A stretch of 14,784 bases of DNA from an archaeon (GTDB taxonomy: Archaea; Methanobacteriota_B; Thermococci; Methanofastidiosales; NM3). The notes under the pieces are model-generated. The model made no database searches, was not told the origin of the DNA, and was given only the letters and a program-made list of their open reading frames with translations. The position numbers and the translations under genes are program-made. Location of the stretch: NCBI GenBank assembly GCA_004212155.1, contig RXIG01000025.1, forward strand, positions 1 through 14,784, read 5' to 3'. The stretch's first letter is position 1. The number at the start of each line of letters is the position of its first letter. Below are positions 6,460 to 14,784 of this stretch, one piece after another.

Positions 6460-9400
6460 ATGTCTCACGTTCTATCCAGATTTGTGCCGTATTGCCGTCG
6501 ATCTCCCACTTCTTGAAGAAACCTGACTTGCCCTGTTTGAAGACGAGCGACCTTGAACGCGTCTCGGCGGCGATGTATTCCCTTTGTCGTTCCACGACCT
6601 CGTCGAAGTCTGAGGACACCCACGTTCGTATCGTATCCTCGACGTTGAGGTCAAGCTGCTTTCTCATCTCCTGTATACGGCGTATCAGCTCGCGCGCCAT
6701 CGCCTCGGAGCGCAGCTCTTCGTCAAGCTGCGTGTTGACGAAGACGACGCCGAGATCGGTCTCTGAGGACTGCCATCCCTTCGGAATGCGTTCCTCGAGC
6801 ACGACGTCATCGCGCGTGACCTCGTATGCGCCTGCGCTGGCTGCGCCGGTGCTCATGATGCCGTTTACGATCTCCTGGTCGGGCGTGGCCTCGATGGCGT
6901 CGGCGACCTTCTTCGCATCGCCCTTGTAGCGCGGACCGAGCGCCTTGAAGTTCGGCTTGACCGAGTATGTGCGCTCGACGCGTCCTGTCCTGATGTCTTT
7001 CGTGTTGACCTGTTCGAGCAGCACGGGGCGAAGGTCGCGTATGGCAGTGTCGACGGCAGGGTCGTCGGTCTCGACGACGACCTCGGGCACCGGCCAGCGT
7101 TGTTTGACCTCAGCCTTCTGGCGGGCGTTGGCGCACGCATCCACGATCTTTCGCACGTATGCCATCTCGTTTTCGAGCTCTGGGGATATCAGCTTCTCCT
7201 CGACCTCGGGGAACGCCTCGAGATGGACCGATTCTTTGCCCTCGGTAAGGTTGAGGAATATCTCCTCGCTCAGGTAGGGCATGAGCGGCGCCATGAGCGT
7301 GGCGATACGCACAAGCGCATAGTGTATCGTGAAGTAGGCGGCAAGCTTGTCGACGTCGTCCCTTTCCCTCCACGTGCGCGAGCGTATCAGACGCACGTAC
7401 CAGCGTGAGAGGTCCTCGACGATGAACTCGTGGAGGGCGCGCGCCGCCTTGTGGTAGAGGTAGCCGTCCATGGCCCCCATGACGTCGCGCGTGACACTGT
7501 TAGCGCGTGAGAGCACCCAGCGGTCCTCGTGGCGCATCGCATCGCTTACGGCGGAAAGGGGCGTTGACGTGTCGTAGTCGTCGAGTGCCATGTAGGTGGT
7601 GGAGAACTTGTAGACGTTCCAGAGGATGGTGACCATGCGGCGCACGGATGCAATGTCGTCCCATGAGAACTTCATGTCGTCCGAGGGTTGCTGGTGCCAG
7701 AGCGTGAAGAATCTGAATATGTCCCTGCCCTCCTTTTCCACCGCATCCTCTGGGGCGATGACGTTGCCCGTCGACTTGTGCATCGCGTCGCCGTAGGCGT
7801 CGTAGACGAATCCGTGCATCTGCACGCACGTGTACGGGACGGTCCCGAACGTGATGACCGATGACGCCTGCTGGGCGTAGAACCACTTCGTCACCTGGTC
7901 GTTGCCCTCGACGATGAACTTGGCGGGCCAGAGGCGCTTGAACGCTTCCTTGTCGTGCGGGTAGTGCAGCGACGCCCACGAGGCTATCGACGAGTCGAAC
8001 CAGACATCGACGATATCAGTCACCCTGCGCATCTCCTTTCCGCACTCCGTGCAGCGAAGCACAACCTCATCCACGTAGGGACGATGCAGCTCGCAGGGGT
8101 CGCAGTCGTTGACGGCACGTTCCATCAGCTCCTCGCGCGACCCTATACAGACGTGGTGGCCCTCCTCGCAGGCCCAGATGGGAAGCGGCATGCCCCAGTA
8201 GCGCTGGCGGGAGATACACCAGTCGCCAACGTTCTCGACGCCGTTCTCATAACGCTTGTGGACCCATTCCGGTATCCATGTGACGTGCTTTTTGTTCTCC
8301 TCGATGATGTCGTGCTTGATATTGGTGATGTTGAGGAACCACTGCTTGGTGGCCTTGAAGATGAGGGGGCTCTTGCACCGCCAGCAATACGGGTACTTGT
8401 GGGTGATCGTGTCGGAGTGCACCATGAGGCCCTTCTCCTCGAGGTCGGCGATGATGACGGGGTCGGCGTCCTTGATGAACATGCCCTTGTACTTCGAGTC
8501 GGTGAGATTGCCCAGCTCGTCGATGGGCGAGTAGGTGTCGAGTTTGTACTGCTTTCCCATCTCGTGGTCCTCGGCACCAAAGCCCGGCGCGGTATGGACG
8601 CAGCCGGTACCCTCCTCCAGGGTCACGTGGTCGCCGAGTATGACAGAGTGGTAGCGCTGCCCCGCATCGTAGTATCCTTTTTGCGTGGGATTCTCCTCGA
8701 GCAGGGGATGTTCGTAGCGCCATCCGTCCATGTCGCGTCCCTTGAGGTAGCCAACGACGGTGTAATCGCGCTTGAGCTGAGCGAAGACGGGCTTGAGCAG
8801 TCCCTCCGCGAGTATCCATGTCTCGTCGTCGACCATCACCTGCACGTAGTCGTAGTCGGGATGCACCGCTACGGCAAGGTTTGACGGCAACGTCCACGGC
8901 GTCGTCGTCCAGACGAGCAGATACTCGTCGTCGCGGTCGCGCAGCTTGAACTTCACGTAGATCGAGGGGTCCTCGACCATCCGATACTCGCCGCGCACCT
9001 CGTGCTCGGCAAGCGCCGTCTCGCAACGGGGACACCAATGGGTCACGCGCTTGTCTCGAAAGAACAGTCCCTTCTCCCATGCCTTCTTGAGCGTGTACCA
9101 TCCAGACTCGATGTATGCATCGTTGATTGGCATGTAGGGGCGGTCCCACTCCATCCAGCACCCGATGTTTTGGAACTGCTCTACCATCTTGTTCATGTTG
9201 GCGATGGCAAACTCCTTGCACTTGGTAATGAAGGTGTCGATACCGATGATGTTCTCGATGTCCTTTTTTGATCCGAGATTGAGCGTTTCTTCTACCTTTA
9301 CCTCGATGGGCAGGCCATGCATGTCAAATCCTGGCTGTCGGGTGGGTGCATATCCCCTCATGGTCTTGTAGCGCAGCACGGTATCCTTTATCATCTTGTT

Positions 9401-9571
9401 CCATGCCGTGCCAAGGTGTATGCTTCCCGTCACGTAAGGGGGACCGTCACACCAGTACCACTCTTGTCCCTCCTTTGCCAGATACTTGTTGACGATGTCA
9501 TGGTTGTCCCAGTATGCGATCATCGATTCCTCGACCGCATGTGCGTCGTAGTTGTCCTGTATCTGCTTCAT
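6458..9571 (-). CDS. ileS: Isoleucine--tRNA ligase (archaeal/eukaryote type)
   Basis: DGPPYVTGSIHLGT (HIGH equivalent), GFDMHGLPIE, editing-domain WTTTPWTLPSN and GTGCVHTAPG, DWCISRQRYWG, KMSKS equivalent AMHKS. RBS GAGGTG overlaps the top6A stop. Confidence 0.98.
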   Translation of the reverse strand: MKQIQDNYDAHAVEESMIAYWDNHDIVNKYLAKEGQEWYWCDGPPYVTGSIHLGTAWNKMIKDTVLRYKTMRGYAPTRQPGFDMHGLPIEVKVEETLNLGSKKDIENIIGIDTFITKCKEFAIANMNKMVEQFQNIGCWMEWDRPYMPINDAYIESGWYTLKKAWEKGLFFRDKRVTHWCPRCETALAEHEVRGEYRMVEDPSIYVKFKLRDRDDEYLLVWTTTPWTLPSNLAVAVHPDYDYVQVMVDDETWILAEGLLKPVFAQLKRDYTVVGYLKGRDMDGWRYEHPLLEENPTQKGYYDAGQRYHSVILGDHVTLEEGTGCVHTAPGFGAEDHEMGKQYKLDTYSPIDELGNLTDSKYKGMFIKDADPVIIADLEEKGLMVHSDTITHKYPYCWRCKSPLIFKATKQWFLNITNIKHDIIEENKKHVTWIPEWVHKRYENGVENVGDWCISRQRYWGMPLPIWACEEGHHVCIGSREELMERAVNDCDPCELHRPYVDEVVLRCTECGKEMRRVTDIVDVWFDSSIASWASLHYPHDKEAFKRLWPAKFIVEGNDQVTKWFYAQQASSVITFGTVPYTCVQMHGFVYDAYGDAMHKSTGNVIAPEDAVEKEGRDIFRFFTLWHQQPSDDMKFSWDDIASVRRMVTILWNVYKFSTTYMALDDYDTSTPLSAVSDAMRHEDRWVLSRANSVTRDVMGAMDGYLYHKAARALHEFIVEDLSRWYVRLIRSRTWRERDDVDKLAAYFTIHYALVRIATLMAPLMPYLSEEIFLNLTEGKESVHLEAFPEVEEKLISPELENEMAYVRKIVDACANARQKAEVKQRWPVPEVVVETDDPAVDTAIRDLRPVLLEQVNTKDIRTGRVERTYSVKPNFKALGPRYKGDAKKVADAIEATPDQEIVNGIMSTGAASAGAYEVTRDDVVLEERIPKGWQSSETDLGVVFVNTQLDEELRSEAMARELIRRIQEMRKQLDLNVEDTIRTWVSSDFDEVVERQREYIAAETRSRSLVFKQGKSGFFKKWEIDGNTAQIWIERET

Positions 9572-9580
9572 ATCAACACC

Positions 9581-10657
9581 TCATGGGAGGAAGTCCCTGG
9601 ACTCGATCTTTTCGGGAAGGTAGTCCTGGGCGACGAACTCAAGCGACTTGTTCGCAAGCGCCTGCTGTTCGATCCTCACTCCCATCTTCTTGCATTTGTT
9701 GAGCTGTTTTTGCCATTTCTTGTGCTTGAACCATGGATACTTGAGCTCTTCCTCAATCCGTTTCCGGTCCATGTCCTTTAACTTTTCCGTCACGCCCTGG
9801 AGCTCGTAGGTCTCGATGTCGTCCATCGTCATGCCGACGAACTTCGCATCGGGGACGCTGAGTGTGTTCGAGAGATAGGCGAGATTGATCGAGCCCTGCT
9901 TGATGGTCGAGTAGATGTACCATCCATAGGGGTCCCCGTCGGTAAAGACCACGACGGGCAGGCCCATCTCCCCATGGAGCCTCGAGAGCAGTCGCCTGAT
10001 GCCTCGTGGGGCCTGTCCCTGGCATGCGACGAGCAGGCAGTTGTTGTCAAGCGGGAACCGCTCTTCGATGAGGCGGTCGGACATGGCCGCCGTCTCGACC
10101 ACGAGGATGCGGTCGACGTTGGACTTTTTGAATTCGATATCCTCGATGTTTCCAGGCACTGCCCAACCGCCGCGCCCCAGCTTGGAAGCGTTGAAGCGGT
10201 CCTTCCCGTCGCGTATCTCGATGTCGCCGTAGATGAATCCGCGCCTATCGGCGGTGAGATTGAGCTGTTCGCGCAGCACGTCGATCATGCGCTCGAGGTC
10301 CTCGATGATGAGATTTGACTCGGACTGGTCCTCGAACGTGTTCTCCTTGCCCTTGCCGATCGAGTGCTTGAGGGCGTAGTAGAGCTCACGGATGCCTGCG
10401 TGCTTGTTGTTCTCGACAAGCTGTTTGGCATACGAGCTCACAAGCATCGTCTGCATGAACTTCTTCGTATGCGCGATGTTGATAAACGAGCGTTTCGACG
10501 TCTTGTCGCCCATCTTGAGCATGCGTTCCTCATCGTCGAAGAAGACGTTGGAGAGTCCGCGCTGCGGTATCTCGACATAGGGCGCCTTCTTCTTGTCTAT
10601 CTGTGAGACCACCTCTATGGCGAGCTTCTGAAGCTTCTTTTCCACATCATTGCTCAT
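9581..10657 (-). CDS. top6A: DNA topoisomerase VI subunit A
   Basis: Catalytic-Tyr motif IRELYY, TOPRIM motifs VVETAAM and DGDPYG, GQAPR, EQQAL. Start placed at ATG 10657 because GAGGAGG lies 9 nt upstream; this overlaps the top6B end by 11 nt. The track start is 10666. Confidence 0.97.
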   Translation of the reverse strand: MSNDVEKKLQKLAIEVVSQIDKKKAPYVEIPQRGLSNVFFDDEERMLKMGDKTSKRSFINIAHTKKFMQTMLVSSYAKQLVENNKHAGIRELYYALKHSIGKGKENTFEDQSESNLIIEDLERMIDVLREQLNLTADRRGFIYGDIEIRDGKDRFNASKLGRGGWAVPGNIEDIEFKKSNVDRILVVETAAMSDRLIEERFPLDNNCLLVACQGQAPRGIRRLLSRLHGEMGLPVVVFTDGDPYGWYIYSTIKQGSINLAYLSNTLSVPDAKFVGMTMDDIETYELQGVTEKLKDMDRKRIEEELKYPWFKHKKWQKQLNKCKKMGVRIEQQALANKSLEFVAQDYLPEKIESRDFLP

Positions 10658-12218
10658 CCGTCTCATCCTCCTCGACCTGGTCGATCTGGTATCGCTCCGT
10701 TATCAGCGTTGCCAGCCGTTCCTCGATCGTGTCCTGTTCCTTGTTCGAGAGGCGCGCCAGGGCGCGTGCCGTCTCCGGCACGTACCGAAGGAGCGTGTTC
10801 ATCTTCGACCGTTTCTCATAGAGCCGCCGTTTGCCCGCCAGGTAGCGCGAGAGCGACCGGCCCCCGTCCATGAGCGCGTTTCGTATCTCTGCGAATATCT
10901 CCTCCTCGTCGGCTATGGCCTGCTTGCCCGCCGACGTGTAGGGCACGTGCGTCGATACGAGATTGATGAATATGGTAAGGGGTATCTTCTCGACGTCGCG
11001 GACGTTGTAGCGCTTCCAGTCGATGCTCTTTACCGCCTCCGTGATGGCGCAGCCGCCCTGGTCGAAGATGAGCGGCGCTCGATTGGCATAGCGTATGATC
11101 TCGATGCCGCCCTTGCCTGACTTGCCGCCGTATGCGATGCCGACCTCGACGACAAAGAGTATGCCTCCGCGATACGTCTGTGGGGCGCGCGTGATCGTAT
11201 GGCTGAACTCGGGTGAAAGCGTTGATTCGAGCCCTTTTTGTATCTCCTCGTCGCCGATGGGCCGCAGGCCTTCGGTCGGTGGCGCGAAGAACTTCATCGA
11301 CTTGAACGCCTTGACGACGCGCTCCGCCTCGTCCCATGTAAGCTTGTCGGGGCGCATCTTCATCGATACGCCTGACTGCCGGCCTATCTCTGCCACCTTC
11401 GAGGCCGATATGCGAACGAAGTCCTTCTCGAGGAACTGTCCCAGGCTCTTCTTGTTCGTGTTGCCCGACATCGTCAGCAGGTCGTCTGGCGTGATGCCGT
11501 ACGGGTGGGGCTTTATCGGTTTTGGGAGCTTTGGCATCGTGTGCGTGCTTCGCTCGAAGAGGATGCGGGTGCCGTCTGGCTCGATGAACGTGATCTGTGC
11601 ATGGGGATTTGCTATCGATGTCATGCGCAGGTAGTTGTAGGGCGAGTAGCGCGACTTGTTGTAGAGGATGTCCTTTGCCTCAAGCGAGATGATCGTGCCG
11701 CGCCATCCCCACTTGTTATGTATCTTTTCCTTCTCGACGATCTCGCCCACGTTGTGCTTGACGTCAAGCTGCACCTTTCCCGTGAAGATGTACTTGCCCC
11801 CGGTGGACGTGTGCACGATGGTGGGCTTGCCGGTGGTGACCTGGGAGAACATTACCGCGCCCGAGACGCCGATGCCCTGCTGTCCGCGCGACTGGATGTT
11901 GCGATGGGCCTTTGATCCAGCGAGCATGCGTCCGAACACCTGCGGGATGTACTCGAGCGGTATGCCTGATGCGTTGTCCTCGATGGTCACACGGTAATGC
12001 TCGGTGCCAAGCTCGTCGATTCGCACGAAGATCTCGGGCAGGATGCCCGCCTCCTCACATGCGTCAAGCGCATTGGTCACACCTTCATGGACGAGCGTGG
12101 TGAGGCTGCGTATCTTTCCGGTGTAGCCGAGCATGGCGGCGTTCTTCTTGAAGAACTCGGAGACACTTTGGGCCTTGAAATCCTTGAAAAGTTCATCAGC
12201 ATTTTTGATATCAGGCAT
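10647..12218 (-). CDS. top6B: DNA topoisomerase VI subunit B
   Basis: [13 protein letters not shown] motifs [19 protein letters not shown] and SRGQQGIG, and transducer-domain motifs RYANRAPL and VPYTSAGKQ. Confidence 0.98.
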   Translation of the reverse strand: MPDIKNADELFKDFKAQSVSEFFKKNAAMLGYTGKIRSLTTLVHEGVTNALDACEEAGILPEIFVRIDELGTEHYRVTIEDNASGIPLEYIPQVFGRMLAGSKAHRNIQSRGQQGIGVSGAVMFSQVTTGKPTIVHTSTGGKYIFTGKVQLDVKHNVGEIVEKEKIHNKWGWRGTIISLEAKDILYNKSRYSPYNYLRMTSIANPHAQITFIEPDGTRILFERSTHTMPKLPKPIKPHPYGITPDDLLTMSGNTNKKSLGQFLEKDFVRISASKVAEIGRQSGVSMKMRPDKLTWDEAERVVKAFKSMKFFAPPTEGLRPIGDEEIQKGLESTLSPEFSHTITRAPQTYRGGILFVVEVGIAYGGKSGKGGIEIIRYANRAPLIFDQGGCAITEAVKSIDWKRYNVRDVEKIPLTIFINLVSTHVPYTSAGKQAIADEEEIFAEIRNALMDGGRSLSRYLAGKRRLYEKRSKMNTLLRYVPETARALARLSNKEQDTIEERLATLITERYQIDQVEEDETDEQ

Positions 12219-12260
12219 TATTCTTTTCCCCTTGTAGTATTACGTTGTAGCAAGGAGCTA

Positions 12261-12277
12261 TTATTTAAATAACTTTT
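12261..12277. promoter_or_regulatory. Palindromic TATA element TTATTTAAATAA, with BRE AAAAG on the minus (top6B) side; possibly bidirectional
   Basis: Perfect 12-bp palindrome at 12261-12272 between the divergent top6B and DUF531 genes. Confidence 0.6.
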
Positions 12278-12298
12278 GTGAACCTGGGCTTTACATCA

Positions 12299-12431
12299 TG
12301 AGGGACCCTGGGCGCGGGGGCGTTGCGCAGGGCGCCCGCACAAGGTATGGGATATGGAAGTTCGCCTGGTCCTAGTGGGCCGTAGGCATTCCTGGCGCAC
12401 GCGAATGCTTTCTTCCTTGAGATATCTTTTT
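12299..12431 (+). ncRNA. Candidate structured RNA or 5' leader, unknown family
   Basis: GC-rich intergenic segment starting about 30-35 nt downstream of the TATA. Three hairpins (12299-12340, 12368-12381, 12384-12410) are followed by pyrimidine tracts. Folded by eye only. Confidence 0.3.
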
Positions 12432-12464
12432 GAGCTGTGGTGCCGATGGCTTACGGTGGTATAG

Positions 12465-12968
12465 ATGAAACAGCTCACGCTCTCGCTTTACAACTCCTAT
12501 GACAAGAACAGGGCTCACGACATACATCTTCGAAGCATCGCCCGTGCAGCCCCTGTTTGCTATGCGACGGGGTTCAATCTCTGCCTCATCGACTTCCCGT
12601 ACAGGGACCCGCTCAAGGAGGTCTGTGGCAACACGACCATCGGGGAGGGCGGCATCTATCTGGAAAAGCTCGCGATGCGCCAGGAGTTCTTCACAAGCGA
12701 CGGCATCGCGCTGCTGCACATCCCTGTCATCACAACGTCAAAGCCCGACCCAGAAAAAAGCATACCGCTTGACCAGCTGATGGAAAAGATACGTGGCGAG
12801 CGCATGAAGGCCAACTTCATCGTCGGCCTGGGCAGGAAGGGCCTGCCAAACAAGGTACGAAAGAAAGGGGTATACCATCTTGACATCACTGGTCAGGGCA
12901 TACCCTTTGAAACATGCACGGCCATCGGGTTCATACCTGCGGCATTGCACGCATGCCTAGATCGCTGA
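12465..12968 (+). CDS. DUF531 family protein (COG1772-like, predicted SPOUT-fold RNA methyltransferase)
   Basis: LTLSLYNSYD, H.RSIARAAP, TTIGEGG.YL, TTSKPD, GLGRKGLP and DITG.GI.FETCTAIG match DUF531 as recalled. RBS GGTGGT. Confidence 0.85.
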   Translation: MKQLTLSLYNSYDKNRAHDIHLRSIARAAPVCYATGFNLCLIDFPYRDPLKEVCGNTTIGEGGIYLEKLAMRQEFFTSDGIALLHIPVITTSKPDPEKSIPLDQLMEKIRGERMKANFIVGLGRKGLPNKVRKKGVYHLDITGQGIPFETCTAIGFIPAALHACLDR

Positions 12969-13625
12969 GGCGAGGTCGGTGAGCGTACGCTTGGGGTCTG
13001 GCGACTTCACGACGCCGGAGGCGAGAAGGACGCCGCGCGCGCCCAGTTCGATGGCCTTGCTGACGTCATTTGCGTTCTTGACGCCCGCGCCGCAGAGCAC
13101 GTCGACCGACGGGTCGACCGCCTCCACGAGCTCAACGGTCTTCGAGACGATGCCGGGGTCGGCCGTTGTCACGGAGATGTCGCCGCCTATGAGCTCGGGC
13201 GGTTCTATCGCGATGTAGTCGGGGGAGAAGGCTGCGGCAGCGCGCGACACGTCAACAGTGTTCGTGCATACGCACGTGACGAGCTCAAGCGCCTTGCACG
13301 CATCGACGACAAATCCGATGTCTGCCAGCCGCATGCGCCGTTCGCTGTGATTGATGATCGTTCCGAGGGCGCCTGCATCACGCACCGACTGGGCGGTCAC
13401 ATGCCCGGTCTGGCCGCCCGGCGCTACCGCATCGACGTGTTGCGACCATACGGGTGACGCTATTTCATGTGCGATGCGCCCGAGCATGGCGGGCGTTGGA
13501 CAGGCGATGATCGCCACGCCCGTTTCCTCGCTCACCTGTTCACACGCCCTGGCAAGCGATATGCCGCGCTCTCCGTCTGACTCCTCGTATGCCTTGAAGT
13601 TGACCACGATGAGCGGAGTGTCCAT
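12957..13625 (-). CDS. tpiA: Triosephosphate isomerase (archaeal type)
   Basis: VNFKAY, INHSERR, IAIEPPELIG, GAGV and GVLLASG motifs. Start placed at ATG 13625 with RBS GGAGTGA 5 nt upstream; the track start is GTG 13634. Confidence 0.97.
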   Translation of the reverse strand: MDTPLIVVNFKAYEESDGERGISLARACEQVSEETGVAIIACPTPAMLGRIAHEIASPVWSQHVDAVAPGGQTGHVTAQSVRDAGALGTIINHSERRMRLADIGFVVDACKALELVTCVCTNTVDVSRAAAAFSPDYIAIEPPELIGGDISVTTADPGIVSKTVELVEAVDPSVDVLCGAGVKNANDVSKAIELGARGVLLASGVVKSPDPKRTLTDLASAI

Positions 13626-13630
13626 CAGAT

Positions 13631-14746
13631 TCACTCCACGGGTGTGAATCGTTCCTTGAGGCTGTCGAGCACCTTCGGGAGCGTCGTGTACTCCATGTCC
13701 GCAAGTGGCAGTCGGTGTGGTTCAAACGGTCCGTGGCGGCGCATGTAGTCTGCTGCGTCCTTTGCCTGTGCACGGGCGTTGTCGAATCCGGGGTCGTCAA
13801 AGAGGTCGACGGGACCGACGAGCTTGCCGTTGGCCAGCTGGAATCCGAGGGCAACGACGCGTGGGGGGCCGTCAAATCGCGTGCACTTTGCCTGGCATTG
13901 CGCCACCGGCATGATGGGGCCGTTGTGGCTTCCGCGCATCCATCCCGAGACGAGATGGGGGAACGAGAACGGCTCGAGCACCTCGCCGAGCGCCGGTAGT
14001 CCCGACTGTGCGCGAACGAGCGCGACAGGGTCGTCCTTGCCGACGTAGTCGCCGGCGATCTCGAAGAGCTTTTCCGTCGATACGGCCGCGACCGCCTCGT
14101 CGGTAGGGAGCTTTCCGCCCTCGCGGGGAAAGACGCGCTTGATGACGTAACGTGACTTCGCACCGATGAGCGCAAGCATCGCATACATCTCCTCGGGGCA
14201 GTTCATGAAGACGCGCTTGTGCTCATAGATGTCCCAGACCTCGAACGTGAATCCGCTGGTCGCCGCCGGGTCGATGACGAGTCCGATGGTGTTGAACGGA
14301 TCGCCGAACATCTTGTAGACCGGAAAATTGAACGCGCCCGGTTCGGTCTTGTCCATGAAGAATGCGACGATGGGTTCGGCCTTGCGCTCGGTGAACTCGA
14401 GCTCGGCCACGCCGGGCCCCATGCCCTTGATGTTTCCCGAGAACGCATCCGAGAGCAGGTCCTGGCCTGCACCATAGAGCTTGAGCTCCTTTGCGCGCTC
14501 GGTGGCTGCCTCAAACGTTTCCCATGCCAGTCGGTGGATGTCCTCGTCATCCGGCCCCTTCCTGTGGGTCATGATGAGCTCGAGGTCGTCCCCGCAGTTG
14601 GAGACGTAGTAGTCGATGAGGGCCTTACCCTTCTGCTTTTCCAGTTCCTTCCTGGCGATCGACATGAGCTCGGGATTGACCAGGGCGTGGCCCGGCCATC
14701 CGCCAACGTCGGCCTTGATTATTGAGACAGTAATTTTTTCATCCAT
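13631..14746 (-). CDS. fbp: Bifunctional fructose-1,6-bisphosphate aldolase/phosphatase (class V FBPase)
   Basis: IKADVGG..GH, GDD, YGAGQDLL, GN.KGMGPG, DKTEPGAFN, YVGKDDP (Schiff-base Lys), GWMRGSH and RHGPFEPHRL motifs. Confidence 0.98.
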   Translation of the reverse strand: MDEKITVSIIKADVGGWPGHALVNPELMSIARKELEKQKGKALIDYYVSNCGDDLELIMTHRKGPDDEDIHRLAWETFEAATERAKELKLYGAGQDLLSDAFSGNIKGMGPGVAELEFTERKAEPIVAFFMDKTEPGAFNFPVYKMFGDPFNTIGLVIDPAATSGFTFEVWDIYEHKRVFMNCPEEMYAMLALIGAKSRYVIKRVFPREGGKLPTDEAVAAVSTEKLFEIAGDYVGKDDPVALVRAQSGLPALGEVLEPFSFPHLVSGWMRGSHNGPIMPVAQCQAKCTRFDGPPRVVALGFQLANGKLVGPVDLFDDPGFDNARAQAKDAADYMRRHGPFEPHRLPLADMEYTTLPKVLDSLKERFTPVE

Positions 14747-14750
14747 AATA

Positions 14751-14781
14751 ACACCTTTCGAGTGTTTTACAAATATAAAAT
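14751..14781 (-). promoter_or_regulatory. TATA (TTTTATAT 14780-14773) and RBS (AGGTGT 14756-14751) of the fbp-tpiA operon
   Basis: The minus strand reads cctattttatatttgtaaaacactcgaaaggtgttattATG. Confidence 0.6.
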
Positions 14782-14784
14782 AGG

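Noticed and set aside
7955-9221. Long alternative ORFs (7955-8884 +, 8247-9221 -) and the many other 60-210-aa overlapping ORFs
   Set aside because: They are antisense or off-frame shadows of well-supported genes, expected with high GC at third codon positions, and have no motifs or expression signals.
9407-9418. IleRS HIGH motif reading HLGT
   Set aside because: This is a usual variant in archaeal IleRS, not a novelty.
6458-12218. Inteins or recoding in ileS/top6
   Set aside because: Protein lengths are normal, with no insertions, internal stops or frameshifts.
12298-12464. Short ORFs (25 aa from ATG 12298, 36 aa from ATG 12354, 60 aa on minus) and tRNA, 5S, SRP or C/D-box identity for this region
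   Set aside because: No recognisable protein features, cloverleaf, T-arm, C/D box pair or SRP motif. A leader-peptide role for the 25-aa ORF cannot be fully excluded.

Overview
Archaeal chromosomal window, GC-rich in coding DNA, with AT-rich BRE/TATA-type intergenic promoters and GGTGA/GGAG-type ribosome-binding sites. The IleRS resembles Thermococci-type enzymes, so a Methanofastidiosales/Theionarchaea-like lineage is plausible; this is an inference. The right half is housekeeping: fbp (FBP aldolase/phosphatase) and tpiA on the minus strand, a DUF531 SPOUT-like gene on the plus strand, and top6B-top6A-ileS on the minus strand. The left half is a plus-strand run of poorly characterised genes: a truncated TPR/SNAP-like gene missed by the ORF track, a DUF2117 gene, an unannotated 34-aa basic microprotein with its own TATA and RBS, an orphan cytoplasmic GAF histidine kinase, a secreted cell-wall-binding-repeat-2-like protein, a membrane-anchored wHTH regulator (COG2512-like) and an L-Ala-D/L-Glu-type dipeptide epimerase. 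The best novelty candidates are the secreted protein/transmembrane regulator module with its 10-bp-phased AAC repeats, the microprotein, and a structured ~165-nt RNA-like segment upstream of the DUF531 gene. No tRNA, rRNA, CRISPR array or mobile element was found. All family assignments come from motif recognition, not database searches.
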